In this document: positions 32,231 through 46,409 of the stretch, one piece after another
Layout: the number at the start of each line of letters is the position of its first letter
Position numbering within the stretch: the first letter of the stretch is position 1
DNA from: Marsupella aquatica
Taxonomy: Eukaryota > Plantae > Marchantiophyta
DNA: 64,000 nucleotides
Reading direction: 5' to 3'
Assembly (NCBI GenBank): GCA_973895155.1
Contig: OZ316896.1
Span: forward strand, 13,573,469 to 13,637,468
Translations under genes and position numbers: made by a program
The notes under the pieces: model-generated
Seen by the model: only the letters and a program-made list of their open reading frames with translations
What the model was told of the DNA's origin: nothing
The model's database searches: none

Positions 32231-33893
32231 CGTAAAGCGAATTCTGACCCAACTTAACACTAATTCTTGTAGGTCTTTAAAATAGGAAAATCTAATTTAA
32301 AAAGCCAGAGAAAGATCCCATTTTTTCCACCAGTTTTCCACTTCTATTTCATGGGTAGCGCCAAAAATGTTGCTCTCCAATAGTGCAAATAACATTAAAA
32401 GTAACATTAATTACAGTAAGCAGTGGTGATTCGATGGTCAATCAGACCTTTTTTTATTACCATTTGAGATTATAGCATGCTCATCCTGGAATAAATTTAA
32501 AAAACTAGAGAATACCTAAAATTAAAGGGGTCTAAAAATTAATTAAAATTATATATGATACAAAAGCTGCCCCTAGATAAATCATATTGAAATAAAATTA
32601 TGACACAAAAAATATGAATAAGACAAAATCTGAAAAATTGGATTCACCGTATAGAGCTTGGAAAGCTTCATCCTTTTTTTGTTACCATTTGAGAAAGGTT
32701 GTTTAAAGTTGGAGCAACCTATATTTTGGTGTTACTTTATTGAGAAGACTGCTCAGGCTATTGTCTTCGTCAAAAAATTATCATTGTCTTTGTCAAGATT
32801 TTTGTTATGTATTTGTTGTTTTAATATGCCTTAACAAGGAATGTAGTGTGCCATTAAATTTTGGCTTTAAAACCAACAAAGCTGTACAGTTTCACTGGTA
32901 CGATAATCATCGAAAGTGGTCAATGGTAGTTAGAAAGCCGTTTCCAGAAACGTGTACAGATGCATTTATTTGATGCAGTGGTTTCTCCATCGGAAGGGAC
33001 TGTTTCCTTTGGAGCCTACCTTTGCAGCGAAGCAATGCTAGGCACATGGCCAAACACAGGGAGGCTCCATTCAACCGCAGCAACGGGAACTCAGGATCCT
33101 TTAACTGCTGAGATTTCATCTTCAAACAAAACAAGAATTGATAGTGGACGATTCTCTGAGATTAAAATCTGGCATCCTCACATACAACCATCTTGCGAGG
33201 AAATAGCTATAAATTACTTTGCTTGCCGTCTCGCTTCTCTACGGATCTTCCTGACATCCATGAACTTCGTGCATTCACTTCGTCTAGATTCTAGATCTTT
33301 CTACAATGTCGAGCAATCTACATTTCGCCAATCTAATAGCCTAAAACTTTTGACGCTGGAAAATGAGATCGTGACCATTGGCAACTCTATATCCACAAAA
33401 TAAATCCACACTGCATCCAAGAACTGAGACTGGGCATACCAGCAATGGGTATCACCCAACGATAACAATAGAACAACAAGGGGTAGACTGACGGAGAATG
33501 ACATCCGCTTTCCTAGGTGTGCATGCTCAACTAGTGAAATTCTTCCTCAGAATATCAAAGGAAGAATTCTGCGCATGCTTTTTCAACTGTGGCCTCCCCT
33601 AACAATTCACTACAGCGGCTGACATAATTTACTCAACACCCATCTTGATATTGGCCTCGTGGTGGTTCACATCCGTAGAGACTCTCAGACATTCTAGCTC
33701 CGTAAAATGGGCACAAACTCTCTACCAAGTACAGACGACAAACGCTGTGACCACGTCACTTGGAAGATACTTCGGTCTTGATTCTTCAATCCGCGAGGAG
33801 AAGAGAAGCCACATTGAGAGAACCATGGCATTGTGGAGTATGAGTTTACATATCACTACGACATGGATATCTGCGACGAGACAAATGAGAATT

Positions 33894-36800
33894 TCACACA
33901 AGTCCCAGCTTCTGCAGTTCTTCCTTCGCAGCCTCATGATCCACTGTCTCAACTTCAAATTCGATGGGATCAGGAGGAATGTCGCCCTGTGAACCACAAA
34001 AATCATCTTTAACATAAAAAAACCTACAGATATCGAAGTGGGAGAATATCTAGTGAAAAGTATGCACTATAAAATCCAAAACTGTACTATCTTGGACAAT
34101 CATGAGATGACAGCTAAGCTTCCATAAATCATGAAGTAAACAGCAAGAATGAAAAGGGGAAACTTACAACTTTGTAGGGATGATATGGTTGGACGGTCGG
34201 ATCAAGCCGCCACCCTAAGATACCATCCTTGTAAACAAAACACCTACACAACCAAGTGATATGTTCAGAACACTCACTACAGTTATTGCAACCAACGAGA
34301 TGAAATCTTAGGGCAATCACATCCAGAATTCATTCCTATAGTCACCGAACTCAAATCAGGACGCCGTCTCCATGAAAAAAGAGGGATCAGAGCAGTACCG
34401 CTTGAACCCTGCATCGTGCGCAAGTTGCGCTGCCCACGAAGCACGCCCATTTGTTCGACCTGCATTATCGGAGCCACATGAAGGACAAATATTGGCAAAA
34501 CAACAACACTGCTTGGCAAACGTTTATGGAAACAATAATTTTCTTGCCCCATTTTGTCACCATCCAAACATATGATGCTAAGAAATTCCTTCAATACATC
34601 TCTACTCACCGAAAGCAAATAGGGTATAGGGATAATTGCTAAATACATTGAAATATGACTGTGTCGGCTTCAGCGATTTTGGGAAAGTGAAAGGACTTTT
34701 CCCACTCGTCGTCGTCTAGAGTCAGAGCCTTGGCGAATTCAGTGACTGCAAAACAAAAGAGGGTAATCATCAGCTTCTGAAAAAGATCGGGTAACGCAAA
34801 TGAGATTCAGCTTGAGACGGAAATTAGTACAAGAAATCACAAACGTAAGACAGGAGAATTATCGCCCGAAATAACCTGGAACGTTTTGTGAGCCCTTAAT
34901 ATGACCAAAATTTGTTCGCTCGTCATGTCTCCGAACATCTAATAAATGTATCGAGCTTGATCCTGATTCAGCTATATGTTCATCCTTTTGATGCTTTTCC
35001 AGCATTGTTGCAACAGCATCCCTGCATGCAGTGCAAAGAAAGCATTAACATCCAATGTCGAGAAGAGGTATCATGGTGAGGATTCTTGGATCGAAAGATT
35101 CCAATTATGTGCCTCACAACAGGTTATGACTCTTGTTCAGTAGGCTATCTTCGCATTCCAATACAAATGCCAAAGAGAAACAACGGCCCCAGCTTATTCC
35201 AAGCAAACTTGTCCACAATACCACATACTTTGGGCATCAGACTAAGCATTCCTTGGGCAGAATTCTATGACTGAAGAAGAGCAGAAGAATAGGGCAGCCA
35301 AAGTTCTTGCACACAGCCTTACTGCAACAAAACTGGATTCTTCGAGATGACTGAGTCTCTTTGTTGTTTGCTTCTACAGTTCTGCTCTATTGTGAAGTTT
35401 ACATTTCACTAGTTCAATCTGCTGTTCTGTCCCAGGCTCCGTGTCAGGAATACTGGGCTTTCAATGACAAAAACGAGCTTGAAACAAGCTCTCCATATGG
35501 ACAATATACGAAACCTTACACCCTAGACGGTCTGTGTACAAGATTCGTCACATGGCATTTAGTTTCTTATGATCTTAACGTTCATCTACCCATTCAGTTT
35601 AGTTCTGCTATTGTGCGGTAAGAACTAGGGTTTGTGGAGGCATGCATTATTTCTTAATCTTATATGTAGTTTCCCCAGACTCAATCTTCACATTGGTTCA
35701 ACCTCAGCATATGCATGCTTTGTAGTGGTTTTCCTTGTTCAGTCTTGATGGCTGTACTCTCCTCCCAACTACTGCTGCTGTCATGAATCACAGGGCCAGA
35801 TATGCCTACTGTTGCTTATGTCCCACGATCCTCTATATTAAATACAGATCTATTCGTGGCTGTCAACAATGAGGCTCGACTGCACTGCCAAAATGGGCCA
35901 TCACCGAAGTCAGACCCAAGAATGATATTAGAATCATAGATTCCAACTACCAGCCCTCACAGCACTCAAACGCAAGGCCTCGTCCGCATAAACTCTCTGT
36001 TGTATGTGTCGAGGGTGAGGATGAAAACATACACCTATCTCTATCCAGAATGACTAGGTTTCAGACATTCTCGACAAAAGCTTCCAAGTGCCTTCTCAAG
36101 TTCTGTCATCGTAGCTCATATCTGGGTTTAAGAGGACTTTCTGCACAGCCAGTTAGCTGGGAGGACACTCAGCAACACTGAAGAAGGTGTCGACACTATG
36201 GGAACCTCTCTGAAAGATACAAAACACATATTTAAAGCAATCCTCTTGGAGAAGGTGAGCAAGGAAATGGAAAGCTGGTCTCCAATAAAGTCTACCCCAA
36301 GTCAGTCCAAACCAATATAACTGACTGTAGGGAAGAAGGCGTTACTCATGGCACAATTCACCACGGGTGGGAACAATGCATTGAAGAGCCAGGGTAGGCC
36401 CTAACACATCTTTCCCTGAACAAGGACGGAAGAGGATAAGGTACACTATCGACTGCTGTTGCACATGCGACACAGTAAGCATCATGTTACTCGTCTCAGG
36501 TTATAGAAAGGCACTTTGAGATTTATCAATGGGCTAAATCTTGAACGTTGGTGGGCATGTGCCTGCTTGCAGGTGATTGTAGAAAAAGGACTTGGGCTGG
36601 AGACTTGAAGGTTCCACAAGGAAGGTAGGCGTGTAGGCTACAATCGTGTCGTTCCCTTCCATTGTTACTAGGGTTTAAGGCTATTTTGATGTTACAGTGA
36701 ACGAACTATGGAAGCAGCCTCCTAATTCAATTCCTTCTCGTTGCACTTGAAAATTAATGGTTTCTTTACTATCTCATTACAACATTAAAAAGACTGGTGG

Positions 36801-39156
36801 ACTCCTACTGTGAGGTTTTGTATGCCTGGCACTTGGGACCTGCTCAGAAACTTGAGCGGCACATCCACGTGAGTGGTCTTAGCAGCTGAATATGCTTCAA
36901 TGCCCCCCGACAATATACAGCACCTGAACAAAACAAAAGACAAAGTTACAGACGTGTGTCCTCGAGACGTCAGCAAGATCTCAATGCAATGGTCATCAAC
37001 CACCACCCCAATAGTTTCCAGTTTGTACTCACCACATGTGGATGTCAGCATATCAGGCAAGCTACTGTCCATTCAGTCTTCACATAGCAAACGATACAAG
37101 AAACTCTCTATTCGGATCTGCAACTGAACTAACATCCTCACTTCTGCGAGCTACATAAACTAGTGGCATGGAGACCCGCAAGAATAACAATTCTAATGAT
37201 AGTAAAACCTTTGAGACGTACACACGAATAACTATACAAGTTTCCAGTAATAAGTCTGAGAAGTGGAAGGGGGAATGAGTTACCCACTATAGCCGAGTCC
37301 AGCTGCAACATTAGCTGCTCTCCGTGCTCGGTGTCCTTTGCTGGACAGGAAGACAATTAAGTCATTCAGACCAATCTTCCTTACAGAGGGATACCGGTCT
37401 TCCCATTCTGCTTCTGAGAGCTGCAGACTTGTGCTCAGCTCCGACTCTACTTGAAATGAGATTACGCATGTTAGAACACTGTCATCTCATTAGCGTTTCC
37501 AACCAAAAGTTTCCCCAAGGCATTTTCAATAAATTTCATACTTATAGATTTCAACAAGGAAGGAGGCTCAGATTTCCATGGCCTTTTCCAACGTTCCAAA
37601 TTGTTGTACTGGAATAGAAAATCGTTCCAAAACATCACTACGAGCTGGTTCTGGTTTCCCCTATCCGAGGGTTAATGTCTGGCTGAAAAGTCAACAGTAG
37701 TGTTAAAATCTTTTTTATCCATGCTATAGAGAAGGCACTCAAGCTTGAACACGGCTCCCTGTTCAAGCTTCCCGAAAACCAGTCTGAAGAGACGGTAATT
37801 AGTGAAGACTTCCGAGATCCAAGATTACAGACACTGGCCCCACGAAACCCGGCAATGACGCCAACTTTAATAGCTTCCCGTGATGCACTAAAGTTGCGGA
37901 TAATTTTTGTCAACAGTAGTAGTTTAAGCTTGAATTGTTCGCTTTGCCTTAAAAGCGTTGTGAAAGGAGCGCTATAGTTGCTGATGGTGACCACTAGAAT
38001 CCCACGGACAATAAGATAACCCTGCCCATTTATTTCCTTTCAAATCTCACCTACTGGCAAGGTTTTGAATTTTACACTCACCTATTTCTTACTTGCGACC
38101 CCCGAACCATTGCATCATTTCTGTTCAATTTCATATCACTCCAGACATGTCAAAAGAGTGAAATGGACCTTCTATCATGACTGAAAGCTTCATTCTTAGT
38201 CAGCTGACTAGAAGAGAAAAAGACAATCGAACCACCTCTTAACTCGAGCAAAAACATATCTTTTCCCGAACTAGGTCTGTCTTCCCGGTTGCGCGAAACC
38301 AGAAGGATTGAACAGAATTGTAAAAAATTTCACGAGACTCAGAATTAGCTGACGCAGGGAGAGAGTATTAAATTTTCGTCGACTGAAGTGAACATTCGGC
38401 GCAACGGGGAGAAACCATTGAAAACCAGAATGATGCCACAAGCGTGACCAAAACTATACAAAACATTCTGGAATCGAGAATGAGATCGTTTGAATCCTAA
38501 CCAGCGACAGGAAACATTAAACAAGGGGAAGGGGAGAATGACTAGTCAAACCACACGAGAAGCCGACATTAAATCACTGGCTTTCAAAATGAATTAATGA
38601 ACGAGTCCCTGAACGAACCTGGAATATTGAGCACAGCTTCCAATGGCGCTGGAGAATCCTTCACAGCGGCCGGAAATCGCACGTCCACGAAAACATATCT
38701 GACAGGGTCAAACTCCACCAGCCTTTTCACAGCCACAGGACTCAGCACGGCGAAGGGCACCTGGTCCACAGGCCGGGACGGAGACGAGGGCGGAGACGAC
38801 GATGACGACGACTGCATTGCAGCTTCCTGCGCATCCCTCCGTGCAGCAGCTTCCGCGCGCTCCGTCTCGAGGCGCTGCCGTCTATTCTCCAGCATGGATC
38901 GCAGGCGCCGAACTCCCCATGCGAACAGCGCAATCTGCAGCAGCGCAGTGAGCGATCCTCCCACACTCGCAACTCCGAACAGCAATTTCCCTCCTCGTCT
39001 CGGAGACTCACCTCCTCCACCACCACCACCACCTCCACCTACTCTAGCATCCTCTTCCTCTTCAATTCGACCTCGATTTCCAATTCCCAAACCTCTTTCG
39101 ACCGCTGCCGCAAACGACGTCGTGGCGTCCCCGATCGAGCTCCTCACCTCCTCCAT
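33894..39156 (-). CDS. Multi-exon protein with two rhodanese-like domains and an N-terminal hydrophobic segment
   Basis: Exon 1 ...YVFVDVRF...VLNIP. Further exons: KGHRARRAANVAAGLGYS (about 37300), CCILSGGIEAYS (about 36900), EFAKALTLDDDEWEKSFHFPK..VIFQC|RTNGRASWAAQLAHDAGFKR|CFVYKDGILGWRLDP, and the last exon GDIPPDP...LQKLGLV* (33986-33894). Some internal exons are not resolved. Confidence 0.8.
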
Positions 39157-42100
39157 AGCCAGCGCGAAGCCGGCCTATCGTCTCCTCCGCACTCCTCACT
39201 CTCGAGGCTTTTTCAAGAACACCTCCAATGCGCATTCCCTCTCCTCTCCTCTCCTCTCCCCTCCTCGCCCCCCTCCCTTTCCTTTCCTTTCCTTTCCTTT
39301 CCTTTCCTTTGTTGCTCGTCTCTTTGTTTTCTCGTCTCGATGCTCTGTTTCGGCTCTGCCTCCTCTTCTCGCATGTTCTCTCCTGTCTCACGAACGCTCG
39401 CGACGCCGTCTAGTCGGGGACGGCCGTCGCAAGTGGCGCCGTCAGTACTGCGATGAACCGTCCTCGCTAGCGACGCCGCTTGTCATAAACTACCGTCCTC
39501 GGTTGCGACGCCATCAGTCCTACCGAACTACGGAAGTGTTCCTTGCCCTCGTGTCGACCGGTCGTTTGGGTCCGGTCCTACTTTCTAAAGGACCGGCGCC
39601 GTTCGCTGTACCGTTCCTTGCCCACCCCGGTGACGAGTGATAACGTGGTTTAGTGAATGACCTCTGTGGAATAAAACTTAGTAACTAAGGGATCATCTCT
39701 CCTAAAGTATGTTTTCGGCGTATTGCTCATAGTAAATGAGTTTGGATGAGCAAAATTTTGTCTCGAGTAGGTGAGATGGTCAGGTAATTTACGGGTCAGG
39801 ACGGGTCAGCCTGGCGACTACATTTGAAGCAGTGTGTGAGCTCGGGAAGGGTGACGAGTTGGACTTGGAAAACCTTTAAGTTCATCTCATGGTAAGGGAA
39901 AAATGTCTGCATAATCAAACGGCCAGGGAAGTTTCTCGCCATAATGACATTCTTAAATAGACCATGAAAAGAAGAAAATTGATTAATTGGAAAATAATCT
40001 AAAATTCTTACCATAAATTCCAATTGAAGTCTATGTTTCATTACCTACTTTGTAGAGTGGAACCATATGGTTGAATTTCTCTATTAAGGACAAATTTTCA
40101 TATTTAGCCCATGTCTATGAACCCGCATGGAAGATTGGGTATGGGGGGCCCTTCATGTGCATACCCATATTTGGTCTAGTACACTTTTCACCCAAAAAAT
40201 TAAGTACTCTGAACCTGGTCTCTTGGTCAACACTGAGCCTAATGGAAAGGAGACTATTATTTTTTCCCAGTTGTGTAATGTTCTCTGTTGCAAATTGCAC
40301 AATGCTTGTTGACTCCATACCATTGAGTCAATGGATGTTTGTTATGTCCTTGTTACTTAATGAAAATTGAGGATGTTGTAGTCCATGGACACAGTGGTCT
40401 CAAGACACTTCCGACGGGTCCAATCATGCCAAATTTCATTGAGAGATGACAGAGGAATGGATGACAGTGACTTTTGAAATTTGTTGTGCCATTGTCACTT
40501 AGCAAAACTTGGTGATGTTGGAGTCTTTGGAAAGAATGTTACAATACACTTCCAACACTCACACCAAACCACTCCAACATTCATTGAAAAATAACAGAGT
40601 AATAAAAAGCCCTATGTTGTTATTTATTAGTAGACCAAAATAACTTTCATAAAAAATCCGTCAAAATTTCCATTTCACATATCCGCATTAAAATTTGCGA
40701 AAGCAGCAAAAAGAGTACAAAATGATACGTTATCAATAAATGTTTTTGCTATAGACAAGCGAAGTTCATCAAAAATCATTTTGGAAATAAGAATTCTGAT
40801 TCTTTGTATACCGGGACCAAAAACAGACCATTCCTTAGTTTAACTCTCTAGAAATTAACCCACAAAGATGTTTTTGGATGAAATGACATAGCTTTTGGAA
40901 AAGTCAGTTTGACTCTACACTGTTTACTGTAAGTAGAGCTGTTAAGCCCATGTAAAACACATACAATTTTATGACAGAAAATGTAAAAGCATTGTAAATC
41001 ATAAGAACTGTTTTTCTTGATTCTCTTGGGTGAGCATTTGCTTCAAAAACATTATTTTCACATTCACTTTTTTCTAGAAATGGCGGTTTTTTTTAATGCT
41101 TCAAAAGATTTTTCAAATTTATTCCATGGGCATGTCGTGAAGGCTGGTTTTTACAATAATAATAGTCCTTGCTACGGCACCGTCGCGTACCGTTTGTTCC
41201 CAACCTCCACAGTACAGAACCGCCCCCTGCCCACACCTTTCTCGTCCGCCACGAATATTTCCATTCCGAGCCTGCTTATCGCCCTCACCTCCTCCGCCCC
41301 TTCATTTATTTACTCCCGTTCGGTTCCCGCCCTCCCTCCTCACCTGCGTGCAGGACCGGTGGCCAATGTCGTTGTCCTGCTTAGCTTCACTGGACTTTGC
41401 ACTCCTTCCATTGGTCCGTTTGCGAATCTCATACAACCGGCAGATCCCTCCAACCTGGATGTCCAGCGTGGCGGTCTACGCCACTGTCATGCTGTAGGAT
41501 TACCTGAAAATAATAATGTACGTACATACGAAGGTACTTGATGCCCTTGACGATTGTTCTCTTTTGCAGTCTTCAGAGCATTTCTGGAGAGGCTCATCAT
41601 AAAAATTCTCCTCTATTATTGTCATTATAATTTGTCGGAATAAAGCTCTCTTAGGTTTTTAAGAGTATTATGGTCCCGTTAGCTAGGCATTATGGGTAAT
41701 ATTGGTTTTTAAGTGTATTTTATGGGTCATCTTAGCAAGGCATTTATCGGTAATTTTAGATACTAACTCAAAACTTCAATTTAAGCTCTCATTTGTTCGC
41801 ATTATGGCACACAATGCCCTCTAAACACGACCTACTACACTATATACCTACCATATGTATGTGGCACTAAAGTATGAGCAAGTTGTTCTAAGAGATTCTC
41901 AGGCTTTCTGGCTCCTTGGTGTTCTTGGTCGGGGTAATTTTTAAGTAGTGTGGCTCGCCAATCATGTCATTTATGCTAGGGAGAAGATGCTAGGAATATC
42001 CCTTATCAGATTTTTCTAGATTCAGATCTCACTTGATTGAGGATGATGGTTAGATTCTGGCTAGGGTTTGTGATTAGGTGGAAAACTGGCTAATGGCCAA

Positions 42101-45100
42101 CAGAAAACTTAGGACTTTTTGCCAAAAGTGGCGGAAACTTTTTAGAAAGGTGGAATCTAGCAAATTTTGGTCACCTAAAAAACCATTGTTCTTGGCCTTT
42201 TTTCTCCCCTTTATTGGGTCTCATGTCTCTCCGTTTGGCTAGTTTAATTCGTTGGTAGTGTGTTACAAATATATGTTTGCCTTTAAAGGAACACTTTACT
42301 GACACGAGAAATAAAATCCCATATAGATTTTCCCCTGGATTGATGCTCAGTACGGCTTTAGTTCATTTGCTGTTGTAGGGGACTCTAGGATCTTGTCTCC
42401 TCGTTTGACACTTTTTGTTCTTTGGTATGTGATATATATAACTTCTGCACCTCTTACAAAGAGGATCCTTGAAAAATGTCCTGAGTGGGCATGGTCACAC
42501 TGAAGACTCAACATAGTCTTTGCCTCCATGACCCTACCTCCCTCCTGCCCCACCGCAGGGCTGCCACGTGCCCCCCTCCTCCTCCTCTGCTCTATGTCCT
42601 TCACCCTCCCTCAGGATGTATATTGCATTGTCCCAACCCCATACTTTCATGTATAGTCCTGACTGTTGTTGTAATATATTAGAATGAGAGCATATTGTAA
42701 TCCTACCCTGAGATACAGGACTCAGCTTACTTCTCTTATAGAGTGGAAAAGAGTGCACCATGAGCCTGAACATAAAGAGGGATGAATGCTTTTTAGAGAA
42801 AGGCTGCATACTATACTTTTGTAACTGAAATTGATAGGAAAATGCTAACCAAATTGTGGTTCACTTTAAAGTACAGCAGCAGATACACCTGACATACCCC
42901 TGAGATACCCTTGACCTCAGCAGAGGAAATTGCTTTATCTTTTGTCTGAGTATGAAACCTCGTATGAAACATCCATTCATCAGATGTATGAAAAAGAAGC
43001 ACATGATGGTCTATTGATGCGAGCATCCAGGGTGTGCTAGTTACTGTAGTTGCTACTTGGTATTGGCCTCAATGACAAGGTGAGTAAAGTCCCTCTTCAT
43101 CCTTGGCAGAGAGAGGCTGGAACAAATCCCCACCCCCAAGTTGGTCCCCAACCAGGCATTCCCTGCTACTGGTTGCAATGCTCTCTTTGCAATGCTATTC
43201 TCTCCCTCTCTCATGGAAACCTCTCAAAAGAAAAGCTCGTGGCGGGGGCACCTTACACCTAAGTGGCCAATGGGGAAAACCTTTAATTTGCTCAGCCTGA
43301 AATGAAGGACTTCGCTTGCATTTCATGCCCAACGCAAAGGGTTACTTGCAGCAAGGGTGCCAGCTGGGTGACGGCGTGCATGATGTTATGTGCAACTGTA
43401 GCTGTTCCATTAATTCTTCATTGAACTGACCTGGTTTCAAGCGGTGGCCGCCAAGATGAAATCCTTTTTTAACACTACACCCTGTACAATTATGGCAAGT
43501 GCAGACGGCAGACGCCCAATCCTTCAACGTACCCCGAGCCCAGTTATGGAATTATGGCAAGTACAGAATGATGTTCAATCGATCTGCGGAGTCCCTGGTG
43601 TCCAATGGGAAAAACAGCATTTCATGTCGGTGAATTTCTTGGGATTGGCCAGCAGCCACGTACCTATGCGTCATATGAACTTAAAGGTCACTCGAGTGCG
43701 GTTTTAATTGTCATACGGTCATCGTCGAGTTCATAATTATATCGATGCAGCGGTTTGCTTAGTTAATTTGGTTGATTGACTGTCAACAATGACTTGACTG
43801 GATCTTAGACACTAAGTCATGAAAGCTAAGCTACTGTACGATTCCATGTTGCTCGTGTCCAGTGACTGGATTGCGATGATACATGTGGTCAAATGTTGAT
43901 TGGGGTCTTGGGTCACAAGGTGGAAGGTATACAGTTCACCAAGACATAACATTCATTTCTAACCTGCAGACGCTTTTTTGTCCCCAGTCGATCCAGGTTC
44001 AAGAATGTAGATGTACATCTTTAACCATCTGCAGCTAAATAGAGCAGTGTAAGTGGAGGTGTATGGTGGAGAGTCTAGCAGATCATCCAGATTGGTTCAC
44101 ATTGGAGTTTGTATGTCCTCAAATTCATAGTTTAGACACGTGGTCGGAAAGAAGGGCTCTTACATGCCAGTGCTCTATATATTTGTCGCAGGTCATAGAG
44201 GCCAGAGATCCGCACTGACAGCTAGACTTTCTTTTATTAATATCTGCTCTCACCACGATGTTTGACTGTGACATTTTCTGTTCTGATTCATATTGTTACA
44301 TTTGTACATTGCTCTAGAAACCAATGTCACGCCAAATCAACCGAATTTCAAATGTGAGTGACCTAAATAAGGCTTTTGTAGATTTTCTGAAGCTTTTGCT
44401 GAGAGATTCCGAATCAGAACAATCTGCTATTGGATGACGAAGATGGCGACCTTCATACTATAACAACAGTCATGGAATGTGCTCTCGTCTTTGTATACAG
44501 CTTCAATCCGTTCCTTTCGAGAAAGTGAGGAAAGAAGTTATGGAATCTGACTGCAATTGTTTAGAATCATGCATGTACAATCCTCCCTGATGTGATGTGA
44601 CCAGGGCAGCTGTTTCGACTGAAATTTCTCCACTGCCCATAAGAAGTTCGTGCTCGGATATCTGCAGCACCACGTGTGATCAAGTTGATGCTCGATCGGA
44701 TAAAATAGTTTATTTCTAAGACTCTTAGAAACAGTCTAAGGTGTATGGTGCACGTGAGACCAATAAAGAAGGCCGTGATTATATGGGTCAGATTCAACAA
44801 GTGTGATCCCATGATCTACAGGCGGGCGCGGATCTACACGAATGGGCAGGCTGGATCATTCGTGTGAACTAATCCATAAATCCCTCGGAGATGGCCCACG
44901 AGAGATGAAATGAGAATCTCGACGATTTTCAATCAGAAATGGCATGGCCACAATTTCTCTTTATCATCCGGAATATTCTGATCAACAATTTAGAATGAGG
45001 CTCACTGTGCTTCGATCATGCAAGATTTGATCAGCAGTCTCCTGAGACCGAGTCAGAGCTCAATTAGAGTCACGGCGCTTCTCCTTTGTAACTTGTAATT

Positions 45101-45191
45101 TGAAATCGTGGCATTATATATCTATGGACAGTCTTCCATTTTTTTATTCCAATCAGAAATGGGAAGCTATATTATTAACTGTTCTAGCTAC

Positions 45192-45372
45192 GATTGTCAT
45201 CGTGGACTGTGACTGTAACAATCCATCGTGCTGGGCGGCTGCAAATGTGTTAAACGCGCGCCCTTTGGATGCAGGCTACAAGACTGCCCCTTGATTCATT
45301 ACCGATTATTTGATTCAGCATGCTCAAATTTCAGAAAGCCTGAGCAATTACAAGATAACTGTTCACTTGAAC
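45192..45372 (+). pseudogene. Degenerate partial copy (exon 2 and 3'UTR) of the Cys-rich peptide gene
   Basis: IVIVDCDCNNPSCW...GC.LQDCP plus 3'UTR align with 46312-46484; indels present; no signal-peptide exon seen. Confidence 0.75.
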
Positions 45373-45755
45373 GTGTAGGCATTCCCCACAATCTCTCTTT
45401 ATACTCGGATTTCAATGGACGCTTCAGAAGGTAACTCATGCTTATGCTTCAGTCTAAGTATGCAATAGACAGTGAGCCGCACTGGACTCCTGTCTAGCTC
45501 CAAATCTCGTGGGAGAACATTCTAGTTATATGTAGTTGGCGGCCGAGTCCAAAAGTCAGCACGGACGGTCAAATTCCCTCTCCATCTTGGTCAAAAAAGT
45601 AAGATAGATTCATCACATTCGCGATGACCGCACATGCCTGATTGTAGATTCGCAGTCTTCTATGACGTGGTTTCGTATGAAGGTCGCCATCTTCGTCATC
45701 CAAAGGCAGATTCTTCAGATTCGGTAGTCCTCGGCCCGCGAAAGCTTCATAACTT

Positions 45756-45761
45756 TATAAA
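45756..45761 (+). promoter_or_regulatory. Candidate TATA box of the Cys-rich peptide gene
   Basis: CTTTATAAAA about 190 nt upstream of ATG 45945. Confidence 0.4.
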
Positions 45762-45944
45762 ATCCTACGGTAGCAGTTTAGCTCTCACTCGATCACATTC
45801 GAAATTCTGTCGATAGAACCTGATCGAGCTCTCAGGTCCACTCTGTTTGATATCATCACAGGCTGAATTTTCTTCTACTCTCGATCAGCAACGACTCACC
45901 TCACCTTGACCATTGCATTCCCACCTCGATCCCGCTTATAAACC

Positions 45945-46409
45945 ATGGGTTATCCAAACATTTCTGTGCGCTCTGCCGTTGTGGCGACGATCGTCGTCAT
46001 GTTCCTGCTTCTGTCCATGTTTTCGTTCGAGTTCGCCAACGCCTCACGAGACGTGAAAGGTACTTGCCCGATTCTCTTACCACGCACTAAATTGATGAAC
46101 CAACCTGCGTGTGTACTAAATATTTCCAAAGCTAGCTTTCGTCCGGAACGTCTGGCTGTCAATTGGGTACTAGCTACGTGAAGGCCCGCGTGAAGGACTG
46201 TCGTAACACATGGTTTTGAGTATTCCAATGGAGATGCCACTAACTGAATTGTGGGTGAATTGTGGGTGCTGATTGATGCAACAGCAGCGCAGCCTTGTCC
46301 ACTAAGCGGGAATGTCGTCGTGAACTGCGGCTGTAACAATCCAACGTGCTGTGCGATTGTAAATCCGTGTTACACGCTCGTTGGATGCGGGCCACAAGAC
46401 TGCCCTTGA
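45945..46409 (+). CDS. Small secreted cysteine-rich peptide, 79 aa; exons 45945-46059 and 46285-46409
   Basis: Signal-peptide-like MGYPNISVRSAVVATIVVMFLLLSMFSFEFANA. Phase-1 intron AAG|GTACTT...ACAG|CAG. Mature region AAQPCPLSGNVVVNCGCNNPTCCAIVNPCYTLVGCGPQDCP* has 8 Cys. Confidence 0.8.

Noticed and set aside
38597-39640. 347-aa ORF on +
   Set aside because: Antisense to exon 1 and the 5'UTR of the rhodanese gene; low complexity with no domain.
39400-39655. CGACGCCG subrepeats ending in TAGTG, like a CACTA terminus
   Set aside because: No matching opposite terminus or TSD found; may just be the GC-rich promoter.
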